A DNA stretch of 56,422 nucleotides, filler included, from Sphacelaria rigidula (lineage: Eukaryota), in NCBI GenBank assembly GCA_964200075.2. It is 7 parts of 7 records of this genome, joined end to end, with 100 filler letters (N's around TTAATTAATTAA, not from the genome) between each part and the next. Parts side by side here need not be neighbours in the genome. Positions count along the whole stretch, not along the records: positions 1 to 7,976 come from CAXNAA020012779.1; positions 8,077 to 16,051 come from CAXNAA020012780.1; 5 more parts are not named here. One strand, given 5' to 3'. Each line of letters begins with the position of its first letter. Positions within the stretch are counted from its first letter, which is position 1. The notes beneath the pieces are model-generated. The model was not told the DNA's origin. It did not search any database and saw nothing but the letters and a program-made list of their open reading frames with translations. Below, in pieces: positions 1-12,965 of this stretch. The position numbers were made by a program, and so were the translations under genes.

Positions 1-129
1 AGTTAAGGTTCTCCATATGGTGGAGGCAGATGCCCCTGAGGTTTATACGCCGTGCCGAGCAAGACGCGGCCGCACAACGCAGCCAAGGAGATGAGTGTCT
101 TCAGTCAAGGACCACTGCGGACCTGCTCG

Positions 130-715
130 AGCAGGGCGCAACTTCCCCTCCCTCACAGTGCCAGACTTAGCGTGGGCGTTACCACGACGGTCTGAAAATG
201 ACAGGGGCAGTTTCTGTAGTTTTCTTCTCTCATAATCAATCAGATATTCTTCCGTGGTGTGCTCCCACGTAAATATATTTACCCTTCTCTGGCAGGCGCG
301 TGATCGCCCTCGTGCAGAGTTTTCACTTGGTTTCAGAATAGGACAGAGTACGAGTTGCAATTGGATTTTTTTTCACGAATGGACCGCGGGTATTCTAGCC
401 CAGTGGAGGCGTGGCTCGCATCGTACAGGCAGTACTACGGTACTCGTTGTACTGGCACTAGGAACACACAGTGTCAACTTCGTCGGGTATTACCGTGCGC
501 GGATACATATCGTGCAGTATACGCCTTCTGCATTCGTAGTGATATGCATCCTTTCCCATCCGGCTGTCAAACGCGCAAAAGCTGGTCTGTAGCGCGAGGG
601 ATCCGTTCTGATGTGGAGACCTCTCTTCCAAGGACGTCTGCCCCTCTAGTCTCACCATATTTTAGGCCTTAGAGTATGACCGTCTCCAATTGACGCCGCG
701 GATAAGGAATTATAA
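130..715. repeat. Dispersed repeat, inverted copy of ~6985-7575
   Basis: 608-715 (ctgatgtggagacctctcttccaaggacgtc...gagtatgaccgt) matches the reverse complement of 6985-7095. ORF translations 43..360(-) and 7339..7662(+) are clearly homologous. Confidence 0.85.
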
Positions 716-1889
716 TTTCAGTACAATGCCCCCATAATATTGAACAGGAACAACACTGTTGTGTATGCCACGGTTGCACGGCAGGTGGTAAAATTATGTA
801 TGCTACGTTCAAGTCTCTGTTATTAGTCGTGGGAACAGCATCCTCTCGTAATAGTCGACTCGAAAGCATGCGGCACGACACATAAATATGTCAAAAGTTC
901 TGGAAACGTTGCCGTGATTGTTGCAAGACCCGCATTTGTTGGAACAGATTATGCCAGCATGAATGCATACAAAACTGTGACTTCCTTTCTTCTTTCTTTA
1001 GCGACACCATCTCACGAAATTCTCATTTGCCGCTTCTATATGTGTCACTGCGTGCAATATGCTGACCTTGAGAAATTGCCCCTCGACACAGCTGTCGGAA
1101 GGCGGGCACTGCCCACGCGGGCACCAGGTGATCATCAATGAATCATCTACAGTTGCTTGATGCCATTTTTATGCCGGTTGGAAGTATACAGTCAAGTCAC
1201 AGTAGTACTAGTGTATACCTCTGGTGTCACTCAGCAACACGTACAACTCGTGGTACACTTTACTTGATCGACAAACGGAACACTATCGGGTTCACGTCTT
1301 TGCGGTCTCGCTACTATAACACCTACCCTAAAGTAATTTTCCAGCGGTCACCTTGATTGAAAAGTCATCATCCAACGGCCAAGTTCTCTTCCCTGAGGCC
1401 GCCAGAACAACTGATATGCCCAAACTCCTCGGTTTTGGGCTGCTCGGGTACAGGCCAGCACCGTGGTGGTGGAGGTACCGTTCAATTCCGTATTCTGGCG
1501 AAGAAACGAAGAAAAAAGTTTTTGAACACCATTTTTCGATTTTCCTCATTATCGATCGCCTCTGTGGGGGTGGGGTGGGGTGGAGGGGGGGGGCGGTGTG
1601 TAACGTATTCCAGTCTGTAAGGCCCCTTGGTGCACTCCGCCATTTCTAGTTTCGTGCAGCGCATTCGAATGCGCCCCACCTCACCGCCTCTTCGTACCCA
1701 GCCGTAATGTTGAATGGTCATGGAGAGGTCCGGTGTACGGGCAGGCACCAAGGTGGGGGTGCACCCCCACCCAGGAAGCCAAGGACTTGAAAATATCCCT
1801 AGGGCCTTTCTCACCGAGGAAAGTTCCTTTATTGTCCCCCAGCTCGGTTCTGTACGCTAGTCACCCTACCCGTATGAACATAGCCGATC

Positions 1890-2075
1890 GCCCCGGTGGT
1901 TCAGTTGGTAACCTCGAAACCCTCTGACGGCTGGGTCGTGGGTTCGAATCTCGGAGTGATCTGGGATTTTTTCTCACTCAATGCCCAACAGTGGAGAGCG
2001 ACTATATCGTGGGTACACAAAATCCGACTTAACGGTCCACGAGGGAAAGGGGCTGCTGAACCCCTTTCGCGATAA
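1890..2075 (+). mobile_element. tRNA-derived SINE family 1
   Basis: Head GCCCCGGTGGTTCAGTTGG (A box) ... GGTTCGAATC (B box), then a non-tRNA body (cccaacagtggagagcg) shared with the copies at 7813 and 28170. Confidence 0.8.
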
Positions 2076-2293
2076 GAAAGAAAGGGAAGCACCGCAGAAG
2101 AGAGGTGGACAATGAAATGAACAAGGAAAAAACTCCTGTGCTGACTTCCCTCTTATGTTACCGCCACCGGTGTGCCCACATAAACCGAAAGGTGTCCAGA
2201 CCCTACAGTCTAGTGTGTGCAGCGCTAGTATGTGTGCTCTATGCCTCCGCTGGATACAAGGGCAAGAAACAGTCAGCGTGTCATCGCTCTCCA

Positions 2294-2625
2294 CACACAC
2301 GGCCATTTGGCTACCCCCCAAAATGCCTCCGGAGGGATACGCGGCCCTCCCGAGGGAAAACAAGCCTCCGGAGGCCTTTAATCCCTCTGGAGGAAATCAA
2401 ACACTACCGACCTGGAGGGCTGCGCATCCCTCCGGAGGAATTTAGGGGTATGCGCGGCCCTCCAGAGGCAAAAATAAGCCTCCGGAGGCGTTTATTCCCT
2501 CTGGAGGAAACAAAAAAATCTCCTCTCGAGGGCCGCGCACCCCTCCGGAGGCGTTTGATTCCACTGGAGGCTCGAAAAGTTTATCCACGTGGAGGAATTT
2601 GGAGGTAGCCAAATCGCCGCGTGTG
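2294..2625. mobile_element. MITE with CAC termini and an internal CCTCCGGAGG palindrome array (CMC/CACTA-like)
   Basis: TIRs cacacacggccatttggctacc / ggtagccaaatcgccgcgtgtg. CA dinucleotide on both flanks (putative 2-bp TSD). About 12 copies of a CCTCCGGAGG-like 10-mer inside. Confidence 0.75.
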
Positions 2626-2807
2626 CACTCATCGCAATCTACCGTATGCTGCTGATGCCTCTCCTTAGTGTTTTACAACAACACCACATTGTGAAGCCAA
2701 TGCTGGCACACAACATGGAACAGGTAGGCGGCACAGACCACGAACAGAGTACAAAACACAGTATTTGTGCCTATGAAATCTATGGTTGATATCGTGGTTG
2801 TGTTCTC

Positions 2808-3336
2808 TAAGGTACGGGTATGTTCTGTAGGGTATGACATTCCTTACAGGACTTACAGAAATATCGGGTACCGGTATGAAAGTCTTACAGAAGTTACAAT
2901 ACTATCGGGTACCGGTTTGAAAGTCTTATTGTACAGAAATTACAAAACTTGTCGGGTACGTTATGCGAGGCTTACAGAAAAGCCGTACCGGCAGTCGGGT
3001 ATTTTTTCAAGAGCATACCCACGCACCGGGTACGGGTAAACATTCTGTACAGAACTCACAGAACTGTTAGGTGAGGGTATGAGAGGTTGCACAAAAAACG
3101 TACCCGCAATCGGGTATATTACCAAGAGCATACGCGTGCTCCCCGGTGCCGGTACGGGAGGCTTACAGAACTCACAGAACTATCGGGTAAGGGTATGATA
3201 GTCTTACAGAGATGAAAGAACTGCCGGGTATCGGTATGAAAGTCTTACAGAAGTCACGGAACTATTGGGTACGGTAAAATACCCGGGAAACTACACCGGG
3301 TATACAGAAAACCGTATCCTACAAAGACGACCTTGG
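2808..3336. repeat. Non-autonomous DNA-transposon-like array of cttacagaa / tcgggta subrepeats (copy 1)
   Basis: ~35-40-nt degenerate units. Ends accgtatcctacaaagacgaccttgg, homologous to the end of the 4000-4550 copy. Confidence 0.7.
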
Positions 3337-3999
3337 TATTATCATCACCCCTGTAGTAGGACCTACGTCACTACGGTGACGAACTACAGATGACAGTTTA
3401 CTCAAACTCTGAACGGCTTCACGGGGTTGATAGAGACAGACTACACGAACACTCGCAGTCGTATATGTGTACGGAATCGTCAACGTCTACGGCTTCACGT
3501 ACACTCCCAGAGAGCACATGAAGGTGCGCATTCACAGCTGCCTGCTCTCTGGAAGCTCTTCGGCACGACAAAATCGTCGACGGCCTTGACGACTTCCGGT
3601 GGCAGCTCATACTCTTTGCTGTGCATATCGATAAAGGCTTGGGTTTTGATGACCACGACACAACCGCCATCAACGTCGATGACGTGCGTCTTGCTACTTG
3701 TTCCCCCGATGGCGCAGATGAACCGCCCCCGCTCGAGCCACCACTCGAGTCTACAGGGGTGATCCATCCTGACGGTCTGCAGTGCTACTCATGTTTCGTG
3801 TTTCCTCTCAGCAGTAGTACTTCGTATCCCGTCGGATTCCCACCGAAGAAACTTTCCAACATCGAATTTTTGTTGGTGTGTGCAATGTTGAATGAAGGAG
3901 TGGGGTGGGTTGATCGATGAGAGGTACGACGTGTTAAGATCATGAGGTTGTGTTTTCACTGAGCCTTCATCCATACCTCCCCGATGTATATACCTGTGC

Positions 4000-4550
4000 T
4001 CGTACCTGCAATCGGGTATATCTACAACGGTATACCCTAACCCCGGGTAGGGGTATGGGAGGCTTACAGAGCTCACAGAACTGTCGGGTACAGATTTGAA
4101 AGCCTCACAGAAATTACAGAACTTGTCGGGTACGGTATGGGAGGCTTACAGAAGAACCGTACCGGCAGTCGGGTATTTCTTCAAGAGCATACCCACGCTC
4201 CGGTTACGGGTAAACATTCTGTACAGAACTCACAGAACTGTCAGGTAAGGGTATGAGAGACTTCCAGAACTCACAGAAACTGTTGGGTAGAGTAAAGAGT
4301 TTGCACAGAAAACCGTACCCGCAACCGGGTATCTCATCAAGAGCATACGCGTGCCCCCCGGTAACGGTACGGGAGGCTTACAAAACTCACAGAACTATCG
4401 GAGAAGGGTATGATGGTCTTACGATGATGACAAAACTGTCGGGTACTGGTATGAAAGTCTTACAGAGTTTACAGAATTGTCGGGTACGGGAAATACCCGG
4501 GGAAATACCCGGGGTATACAGAAAACCGTATCCTACAGAACACAACCCTG
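4000..4550. repeat. Same subrepeat element (copy 2), hAT-like CAGGG terminus on the minus strand
   Basis: Colinear with 2860-3336. Ends accgtatcctacagaacacaaccctg. Confidence 0.7.
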
Positions 4551-6078
4551 AAATCGTCAGAACAGATCAACCCTAGAAAGAAGGGTAGACAGCGAAGTAG
4601 TCCAGCTGTTGTCCTCGTGTATGAGGAACAAAGTGGCCATTTTGATGGCCGTGGTTGGTCAGAATGGTTACTCCGCCTCTCTCGGGCCTTTTCCTGGCTT
4701 ACAACGTTCGGTGGAAAACTTCCACACATGGTTGACATGGTGAGCTCTTCGGTTGTTCTGCGAACAGGAACCTACCCCCTGTCAAAACCCAACCCCGCGC
4801 CCCCTGGGCTACTGTCAGCCTCTGAAACTGCTCCGAGGCGACGCTCGCCGTCTAAGGGAGGGCCCTCTTGAGAGCGGAGCAGACTAACCGCGGGGGTGAG
4901 TGCAGATTCTGAATCGGCATCATTTTCACTTCAAAACGACTGAGAATGATGCCGAATTAAAATGGATCCTACATGCAGACCAGCTTCTCACCCCAGCCAG
5001 TGGGATTCCAGTCCCAAAAGGGCTACCTTGTACTGGATAAATGTCACAATGAGAACAAAATAGTTTACTCTTGGACTCTGCGCGGTAATGCTCTGCGCTA
5101 GATGGTTGTCCGCAATGTTTCACACACGTGGTAAGCTAGTCTGTACGCAGTGGAGCTTTCATGGACGATAAATACATACGCTATCCTAGTGGACATTGCA
5201 AACTCTGTGGAAACTCGGGCATGCTTCAACTTGGTCTCCGCGGTTATTTAGAAACACCTCGCGGAAGTAACAGCAATCCCTGATAAAATGCTTCTGGGCC
5301 AATCAGGGGCCTTCAAATTGTTCTGGAATTAAAAAATGCGAATTCCCGACTGAACTTGTACCCAATCTCACCACGAATCAAAGCTTAGTAACTGCCATCA
5401 GCTAGGGAATCTAACGTAGAAAACAGATTCCAAAACAGTTTGTACGGGATCGAGTCTTCCCCCAAAACCTCGTGTTTCGGTGATGTGGGGTTTTGGCGAC
5501 GTAGGATTTTCACTGATGATATGCATCGAAAAACCAAAAAGCCGCTTGACGTTCTCCCTTGTAACTTTCGTAGAAGAGCTCTGGTCATCCTCAAACTTGG
5601 CAGCTGGGTAGATATGTGTGCCATGAATAGAAATCGCTGAAGAATATATCAAAGTATATCCGCTTTCTACCGGCTCCCGGGGGTCCCAGCGTGAAGACTC
5701 ACAGAATCCGGTACAGTTTGTTCAAAATCAGAATTCATGTTCGACTCGTCTCGAGGTAGTTTGAGTAACGTCCGTACAAAGTTTCGTTCCGTAACTCACA
5801 GAGCTATGGTCGATTTAAGCTCAAGTGCACAAGGAAAACGTCGGTGGCATTCTATGATAAAATAGTTAAGGGGATTCCGCGTACACTTGTATACTGTAAC
5901 GCACACACGGGCGATTGTTAACGCCGTTTTTTCGAGTTGAACCGTGAAATCTTGCACGCAGGTGCTCTGAGACATTTAGAACGGCTCTGTGAATGGGACC
6001 TTTCGTTTCTGTTGTTTTCGTCAGATATCCGGGGTCCCAGGAGACGGTGTCATCGTGTGCAAAATTTCAGGGTCTTGA

Positions 6079-6196
6079 CCCTTTTGGAACCCACTGACGA
6101 TTCTTGTTTTTGAAAATCGGCATCATTTTCCGACATTTTCGAGTCAAAAGGTTGCCGATTCACAAAAACAAGAATCGTCAGTGGGTTCCAAAAGGG
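6079..6196. mobile_element. 118-bp hairpin MITE with perfect 34-bp TIRs, piggyBac-like CCC termini
   Basis: cccttttggaacccactgacgattcttgtttttg and its exact reverse complement. A related end at ~40138 reads TTAA|CCCTTTTGGA. Confidence 0.75.
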
Positions 6197-6984
6197 CTGA
6201 CTTAAAATTACGGCTTAAAATATCGCTGGGGGGTAAATTCCGGACGTTCACCCTGAACTAGCTTGTAAACACAACAGAAACTTTCGCTGTTGATATGGGA
6301 AAACCCGAGAAAGGGAAAAGACTCCATAGCGAAAGTAAAAAAAGACAGAACAACGGATTAAATTGAACAAAAACCAGGGGTCGAGCACACAAAACAGAAT
6401 ACCAAATAGGAGAGGAAAGGAAAGAGGAAGAGAATGATAAGAACGTAAATTGATATATTATTCCTGATGAAAAAAAGTGAAAATGACGACAGAAAAAAAC
6501 TAAATAATGGATGAATGGATGATAAATAACACTGGTCATGTGAGCAAGCACCCCGCTGTCCACGCTTACAACGCACCCCAAGCACGGCTTGTTTTGTACG
6601 TTGCGGCATTTTGCCACACTCAAATTAACCGCGGGGGGCTGTGTTGTGCTGTGTTCTCCACTTGCAGCACCATCAGCCAAACCGAGAGCCAGTTTCTGTT
6701 TAGTAGGTTGAACTGCGAGTGATATGTATATAGGGATTTTTGCAAGATAATGCTCTGTAGGGGGTATACCCGAAAGTGGGGGATGTTTGGTTGGCATACC
6801 AAGCCATACCGGAATGTGTACCGTACAATACGATGTGACCTGGCAGGGTGTCGAGCCGTGCTCCGAACAATCCGGTATCGTTTGGAAGGGTACTTACACC
6901 GATATAATACATTTTTTATTCTTATGTAAATACCCAATTTTTCAGTGTTGTTCGTTTTCAATAATATGGAGGCATTTTTACAGT

Positions 6985-7575
6985 GATTATAATTAATTAT
7001 CCCCGGCGTCAGTTGGAAACGGTCATACTCTGAGGCCTCAAATATGCTGAGACAAGAGGGGCCGACGTCCTTGGAAGAGAGGTCTCCACATCAGCACAGA
7101 TACTTGACGCTACAGATCAGCTTTCGCGTTTGACAGCCGGATGGGAAAGGATGCGTACCACCGCGAAAGGGGGAAGGGTTTATTGCACGATACGTATCTC
7201 GTCCCGGCGATACCCGACGAAGTTGACTCTGTTGTTCCTAGTGGCAGTGCAACGAGTAGTGTAGCACTGACTGTACGATGCGAACCACGCCTGGGCACGA
7301 GTAGAATACCCGCGATCTTCCCGTGAATAAATTTCAAATTGCAACTCGCACTCTGTCCTGTTCTGGAACTGGGTGAAAACTCCGCACAATACGGGCGATC
7401 ACGCGCTTGTCGGAGAAAGGTAGAAATCTTCACGTGGGAGCACGTCACCGAAGAATGTCCGGTTGAATCTGATAAAAGAAAACCAAAGCAACCACCCCTG
7501 TCATTCTTAGACCGTCGTGGTAACAGCCATACTCCATCTAAACGTGGGAAGACACGGTTCTTGCCCTCACCACAG
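6985..7575. repeat. Dispersed repeat, inverted copy of ~130-715
   Basis: Diverged reverse-complement match to the contig start. Stops and frameshifts differ between the copies. Confidence 0.85.
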
Positions 7576-7812
7576 TATGGACGATGGATAACCCCCATCG
7601 TTGAAACCGGAACCTGCTACTTTTGTCGTTTGCTAGACGCGGCGCAGCCGTCATGCTACTAAAACAGGTATGATGAGTAGGAATGGGAGGCCTAATCACC
7701 AAAAGAACGTTCTCCGAACAAAATAAAAAGTGCTAGGCCTTTGCTTTTTACGTGCATTTTTTTTTTTTGTATGCGCCGTGCTTGGGGCGCGTTGACCTTC
7801 AAAACAAAACAA

Positions 7813-7976
7813 GCCCCGGTGGCTCAGTTGGTAACCCCGAAACCCTCTGGCGGTTGGGTTGTGGGTTCAAATGTCGGAGCGATCTGGGATTTTTTCTCAC
7901 ACCTTGCCCAACAGTGGAGAGCGACTATGTCATGGGTACACAAAATTCGACTTCATGGTCGACGAGGGAAAGGGAC
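7813..7976 (+). mobile_element. tRNA-derived SINE family 1 (cut by contig end)
   Basis: Colinear with 1890-2055. Confidence 0.8.
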
Positions 7977-8076
7977 NNNNNNNNNNNNNNNNNNNNNNNN
8001 NNNNNNNNNNNNNNNNNNNNTTAATTAATTAANNNNNNNNNNNNNNNNNNNNNNNNNNNNNNNNNNNNNNNNNNNN
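7977..8076. other. Artificial contig linker (N44-TTAATTAATTAA-N44)
   Basis: 100-nt N spacer with a central six-frame-stop 12-mer, repeated identically six times in the window. Confidence 0.98.
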
Positions 8077-8610
8077 TGAGATGTCATACCTACGATGCCT
8101 ACGCATACCACGGTATGGGATACCCCGGTAAACACCGGGGGTACGTTCGGTACGGTACTTTACCTACGGTGCCTGTGAAAACTTCAACTGCCCAACTTGC
8201 ACCCAGATCTGAAACGCTCCGCACTCCCAGATGACAGTTTTGAATTCGGTATAGAGGGTAAGGCAGGTACCCGGTACCGGTATTTGGACATCTCATACCC
8301 TACCAATACCGACCCAATCCGGTATTTTCGAAGCTCATACCTACAATACCTACGATACCAGGGTATTTCGAGATTTCAATACCTACCGTACCTGCCAACT
8401 CCGGTATTTTCATAACTCATATCTACGATACATACGATACCAGGGTATTTCGAGATTTCAATACCCACCATACCGGCTCAATCCGGTATTTTGAAATGTC
8501 ATACCTACGATACCTACGCATACCACGGTATGGGATACCCCGGTAAATACCGGGGTTTACGCTCGGTACGATACCTACGGTGCCTGTGGACCTCTGTACG
8601 ACCCGACCCG
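8077..8610. repeat. ccggtatt / catacctacgatacc subrepeat array, transposon subterminal type
   Basis: 8077-8175 is duplicated at 8492-8587, with ~70-nt internal tandem units. Confidence 0.65.
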
Positions 8611-10096
8611 CTTACTAATAACCCCGGGCTAGTCAACCCAGACCATCTTCCCGGGTCTGTTACCCTGGGACTGCCATCATCCAATCCCCCAGTCTGGGAG
8701 CGTCATTCTCCCTTATCTGGATGATCCCTCGTCGGCGCATCCCCTACTCTGTCATTCTGTACCTCAACCCAAACCGACTTGCAAAGTCCGTCTGTTCAAG
8801 TCCACGTTGCGGCTCCGCACACTCCGTACCCTTTCACCGAGTGAAAAGCTACAACCTACACACACTCACCGTCCGGGTAGAATAAGTCACACTCACTGTC
8901 CGACCGTGTCTTATATTGGCGTCGACGGCAGGATTGGTAATGGTTACATGAAAAATCTAGATGATGGCTTCAAACTACTGTTTACCATTACCGGCTTATA
9001 AGCCGTTACCGGCTACATATGCTACATGCAGCCCTAGAAGTTGGCCCAAATTTGACATATTTTTTAGCTCTTGTGAAACCAATTCGCGTACAAACGTGCC
9101 TCCGGTAACGAATCTCGATTCTTTTGTGACCCCGGTTTTGAAAAAAATCCGGGGACGCAAATTGGTGGACTCAAAATCGGGGGCACCGTTTTATGGCACA
9201 GACAGTACAGTATCACAGATTTGTGAAACGGTTCCGTACACAGACGGCCATTTTCTGCGTGAGTGTGTTACTGCGTTCTCGTGCAAGAGGCCGAAGAGCA
9301 GGCAGGCGGTAAACAATCCTTCGAGTACAGTGTCGTACCTTGATACCCTAGGATGAGCAGTGCGGGACACTACATCAGCACAGTACATGATAATGCCGTG
9401 TGGTAGTACATGATGGCACAGTCGGTATTGCGAGAACGGAGAACAAACAGTGCGCGAGCAGAGTTCAGTAGTGCAGTGCCGTACATCACCCGCCAAGTAC
9501 AGCGACAACGGCTAGGAGAGTACAGTAGCGTTCGTTATAGTCATACTTACGGCAGCGCAGCGCTGCATAAAATATTACTATCGCCGCAGGGTACGGCGTC
9601 AGCACTTATTATCCGCTTGTCAATCCCCGTGTGAAGTTGCTTCGGCAGCTGGAGCGAGCAGTAGGCACGCCCTGTGTCGTTACGAAACTTATTTTTTTGC
9701 CGTGCGGAAACGTTGAACGCCTCATACTCTAGCATTGTACGTCAATGCACGTACATCACCTCTAAAAAATCGGGGGAAACCGTTCTGCGATCGTGACTCC
9801 CCGACTTTTTCGCCCCCGTTTTGGCCCAAATTCGTGTCCACGAAATGCGTTCCCCGATTTTTTTCTCCCGGGGCTCGTAACTATCGAGATTCGTACTTGC
9901 CATAAAAATGGGTCCAAGACACGGCCTCGTCATAGTTGATAATTTTTAATTAATTTTCGTGCGAACGGAGGAACAATCTAGTGACACTGCGATAGAGAAC
10001 GTGAAATGATTACCCCACGTGGGCTGTTGGTCGCTATCATCATCATTCTCACGATCAGACCATTATGTGTCTTGCCTAAGCAAGGCCGTGTTTCAC

Positions 10097-10259
10097 CACA
10101 TCATTTTTAGATGGAAAAAGTGCGGTGGAAAAGAAAAGTTCCGATCTGATAGGTCGTGATTTCAACCATTTTCGAAATAAACTACGATGGTTGAAATCTC
10201 GACTTGTCTGATGGGAGCTTTCCTTTTCCACGGCACATTTTCGATCGAAAAATCATGTG
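10097..10259. mobile_element. ~160-bp palindromic MITE (same family as 48778-48938)
   Basis: Shares ccgatctgataggtcgtgattt and atggttgaaat with the other copy. Arms are imperfect reverse complements. Confidence 0.75.
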
Positions 10260-12965
10260 CGAAGTCACGCCCTCAGACGGGGGCCTCATCCGCCGGAACA
10301 CCGGCCTGAACTCGCGCCCCCCAGGAGGCAGGTCAGTATGTACACAAGCTCACGTCACAATCGGAGAAACGAACATCACGCCAGCCCGAGGAAGGGCTAG
10401 ATAAGTATCAGAAAACCGATAAGCACGGCAATTTCTGCCTGGAGTACACCGTCTCACCCCGAGCGATTGGTGGTGGCATCGTACGCAATAGGCATGGCGG
10501 CCATATTTCCGTAACGGTTATACCAGTAGCTATTCTTGGCGCATGCGAGAATATGTTTCTTTCCACCCGCACGCCGCATGCTGTATTTTTTCAGAGGCAA
10601 ACAAGCGGCCGATCTGTTGGTAAGAGTCGTTATGAGGGGTCCTTCTCACAGCCTAGCACAATCAGAGGTGAACCTGTGGAACTTGGTGGCCCCGCAAACC
10701 AAAAACACACTGCTCGAGCCCTAGCTGCTCATCAGCTGTGCACGTTGTGCGTGACCTTGCTCAAATCTGTTACGAATTCATTGAAGAACGATGATTGGTT
10801 TGAGACGTGCGCACAGTACACGCTTATAAAACGGTCAGCAACGACACATTTTCGGTTGTTTAGTGACACGCACGCAGCCGCCATTCGTCCAATACACAAC
10901 GGATTTCCGTCAAACAAAGACTGCCGTGTGTAGATTAGGAAGGGCTAGCAGTGAAACTAGTGCGCATGGGTGGTGAGTGTCTGTGCGTGTTTTTTCGGGG
11001 CTGTGTGTGTGATTTTTGTGTTGCCTTGTTGCGTTTTGTCTGCAGCGTTAGACAGACCTTAGACTAACGACCACTTCCAGACCCGCCGCATTTCTGAACC
11101 TGCGTGCAGATCTCTAATCTGTACAAAACTGCTTCTCGATACAAGTAGGACTCAGGACTGGTCGTTATTGGGCCGATCCCCTGGCGAAAAAGGATTGTGA
11201 AAAGGGGATAATCCCTTTCGTTAAGAAGGGCCCTCAACCGGGCTATTTGTTTGGGCGTTTCAGACTTTGTCGAGGAAAAACACGAAACTAAAAACCCTCC
11301 CCAAAAGATTTCATAGTAGATCTATCAACGAGAACAAGCGAGTAGATCAATTTGAGGCTGCTTACATCTCACTTGGAAATCTAGCGATGGATATTCGTGC
11401 CGGATTTTTTTTTTCCCCAAAAAACTGAGGAAGAATCCAGAAAAAGTCGAAAAAGTCTCAAGAAAGAAGTCCCGTCAACCCTGAAACCCACGACGGTAGT
11501 CTATCTGGATCATGCATGCTTTTCTCGAGTGAAATGAATGCCGATTCAACAGATGACCTACTCTCGCGGTCGAAGGGTTAGTAACGACCCTAAGCACACA
11601 TGCCCATCGATGAGAAGCGTGCCTTGGCTGCCTACCCAGGCCGTCCTGGGCTGTGTGGTGAACACATGACACGGTAGCTATGTGGCACTGTCACCGCGGA
11701 AACGTTGCTTGCTGTGGGCTGCGTGATCCTCATACCCTCTTGTGTTGCATCACTGCTGCTACCCTGGCGCCGACTCTAGCCGAGACGAAACATACTTCAC
11801 CCGGAGCCTCTCGTGTATCCCTGTGCCCGAGGGTGTTGAGGTCGGGATTATCCTTCTGGCTTGTTGAAAGATGAAGTATGTGTCAATCGTTGCTTATTTT
11901 CGCCGAAGTGGACTAAACCCGCCTTATCACACTGTGTCGTGTGATTGATCCACCGAAAAGTTCACAAACCAAATATCAAGTCGGGACAAATTGCTTGCTC
12001 ATGACTTCCCATGGGGTGGCCTTTGAACAGCTAACGACCGCCCTCGACTGGGCCTTCTTGACTGAGGCCCCTCACCACGCGGATCGGGTAAGGGGTGCTG
12101 AAGAGGGCGGCGTTGTTGTTAGGACTGCTTTAATCGATGAGGGGTACGGTGCAAAATCCCGAGCACCCTCTCGACTTCATCAGTTTTGGGGGGGAAATGC
12201 TGAAAGTATTTTACGCGACAAAATTGAGGACGGGGGAGGAAGGGTGGGGGCAGCAGCATGGAACGATGGTTTAGCGCAGTACAACAGCAGTACTCTCCGT
12301 TTCTGCAATGTCGAACATCAATATCTCTAGCTTCTTCCTCTGGACTATCCGGCGTTAATTTCCCTAGCTGGCTCCCTCTGGTCCATGGTGCGAAAGACGC
12401 CCCCCACAGTGCTTGAGCATACTACACAAACTGTGCTGAACCTAGTATTTTATTAAGGATATACCCCGGCGATCCTGGACGCCCCGTGACGCTGTTGCTT
12501 GTCACTATAAGAGCAACGACTGACCCCTCGAGCGCCGCAGATGAACACCCACGTCTTCAATTCATTGTTGAGGAGGTGAACATGATGGCGCTGATTGAAG
12601 AAATGCACGCATCTTGAGGCGCCTTGGGATGGTCGGTACTAGGGGTGCTTTGCTTGTTCTCCATCTATTGGCGGTGTGCATTATGTATGCGCCACCCACT
12701 GGGACCCTAGGCGGCGGGTAATTTTTTGTCTTGATTATCCTCCCCGTCCTCCGTGCCCACGTATTTTTCCTTCCTATTCTCTTTTTTTTCGTGTGTTTCC
12801 ACCGCAGGTTTGGCAACGGTTGCCAAATAAACCGTGTCACATCACGAGAGAACGCAGGGCAGCAGCACCTCCGATACGAAGGGCAGACTCAGAAGCGTCG
12901 AGCTCGAGTGAGGAATCCTGCTCCTTGTTTGTGTGCTTAGCTCGAGAACGATCGGTCGTTCCACC

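Noticed and set aside
1890-1962. Functional tRNA genes here and at 7813, 24227, 28260 and 50941
   Set aside because: Acceptor stems do not pair, copies are diverged, and they continue into a shared non-tRNA body, so they are SINE heads.
2326-2595. CRISPR-like repeat-spacer pattern
   Set aside because: Repeats are only 10 bp, spacers are short and recur, there are no cas genes, the context is eukaryotic, and the array is enclosed by TIRs.
7741-8028. ORFs running into N linkers (also 15777, 23630, 32056, 40319, 48118)
   Set aside because: They are artifacts of the spacer sequence.
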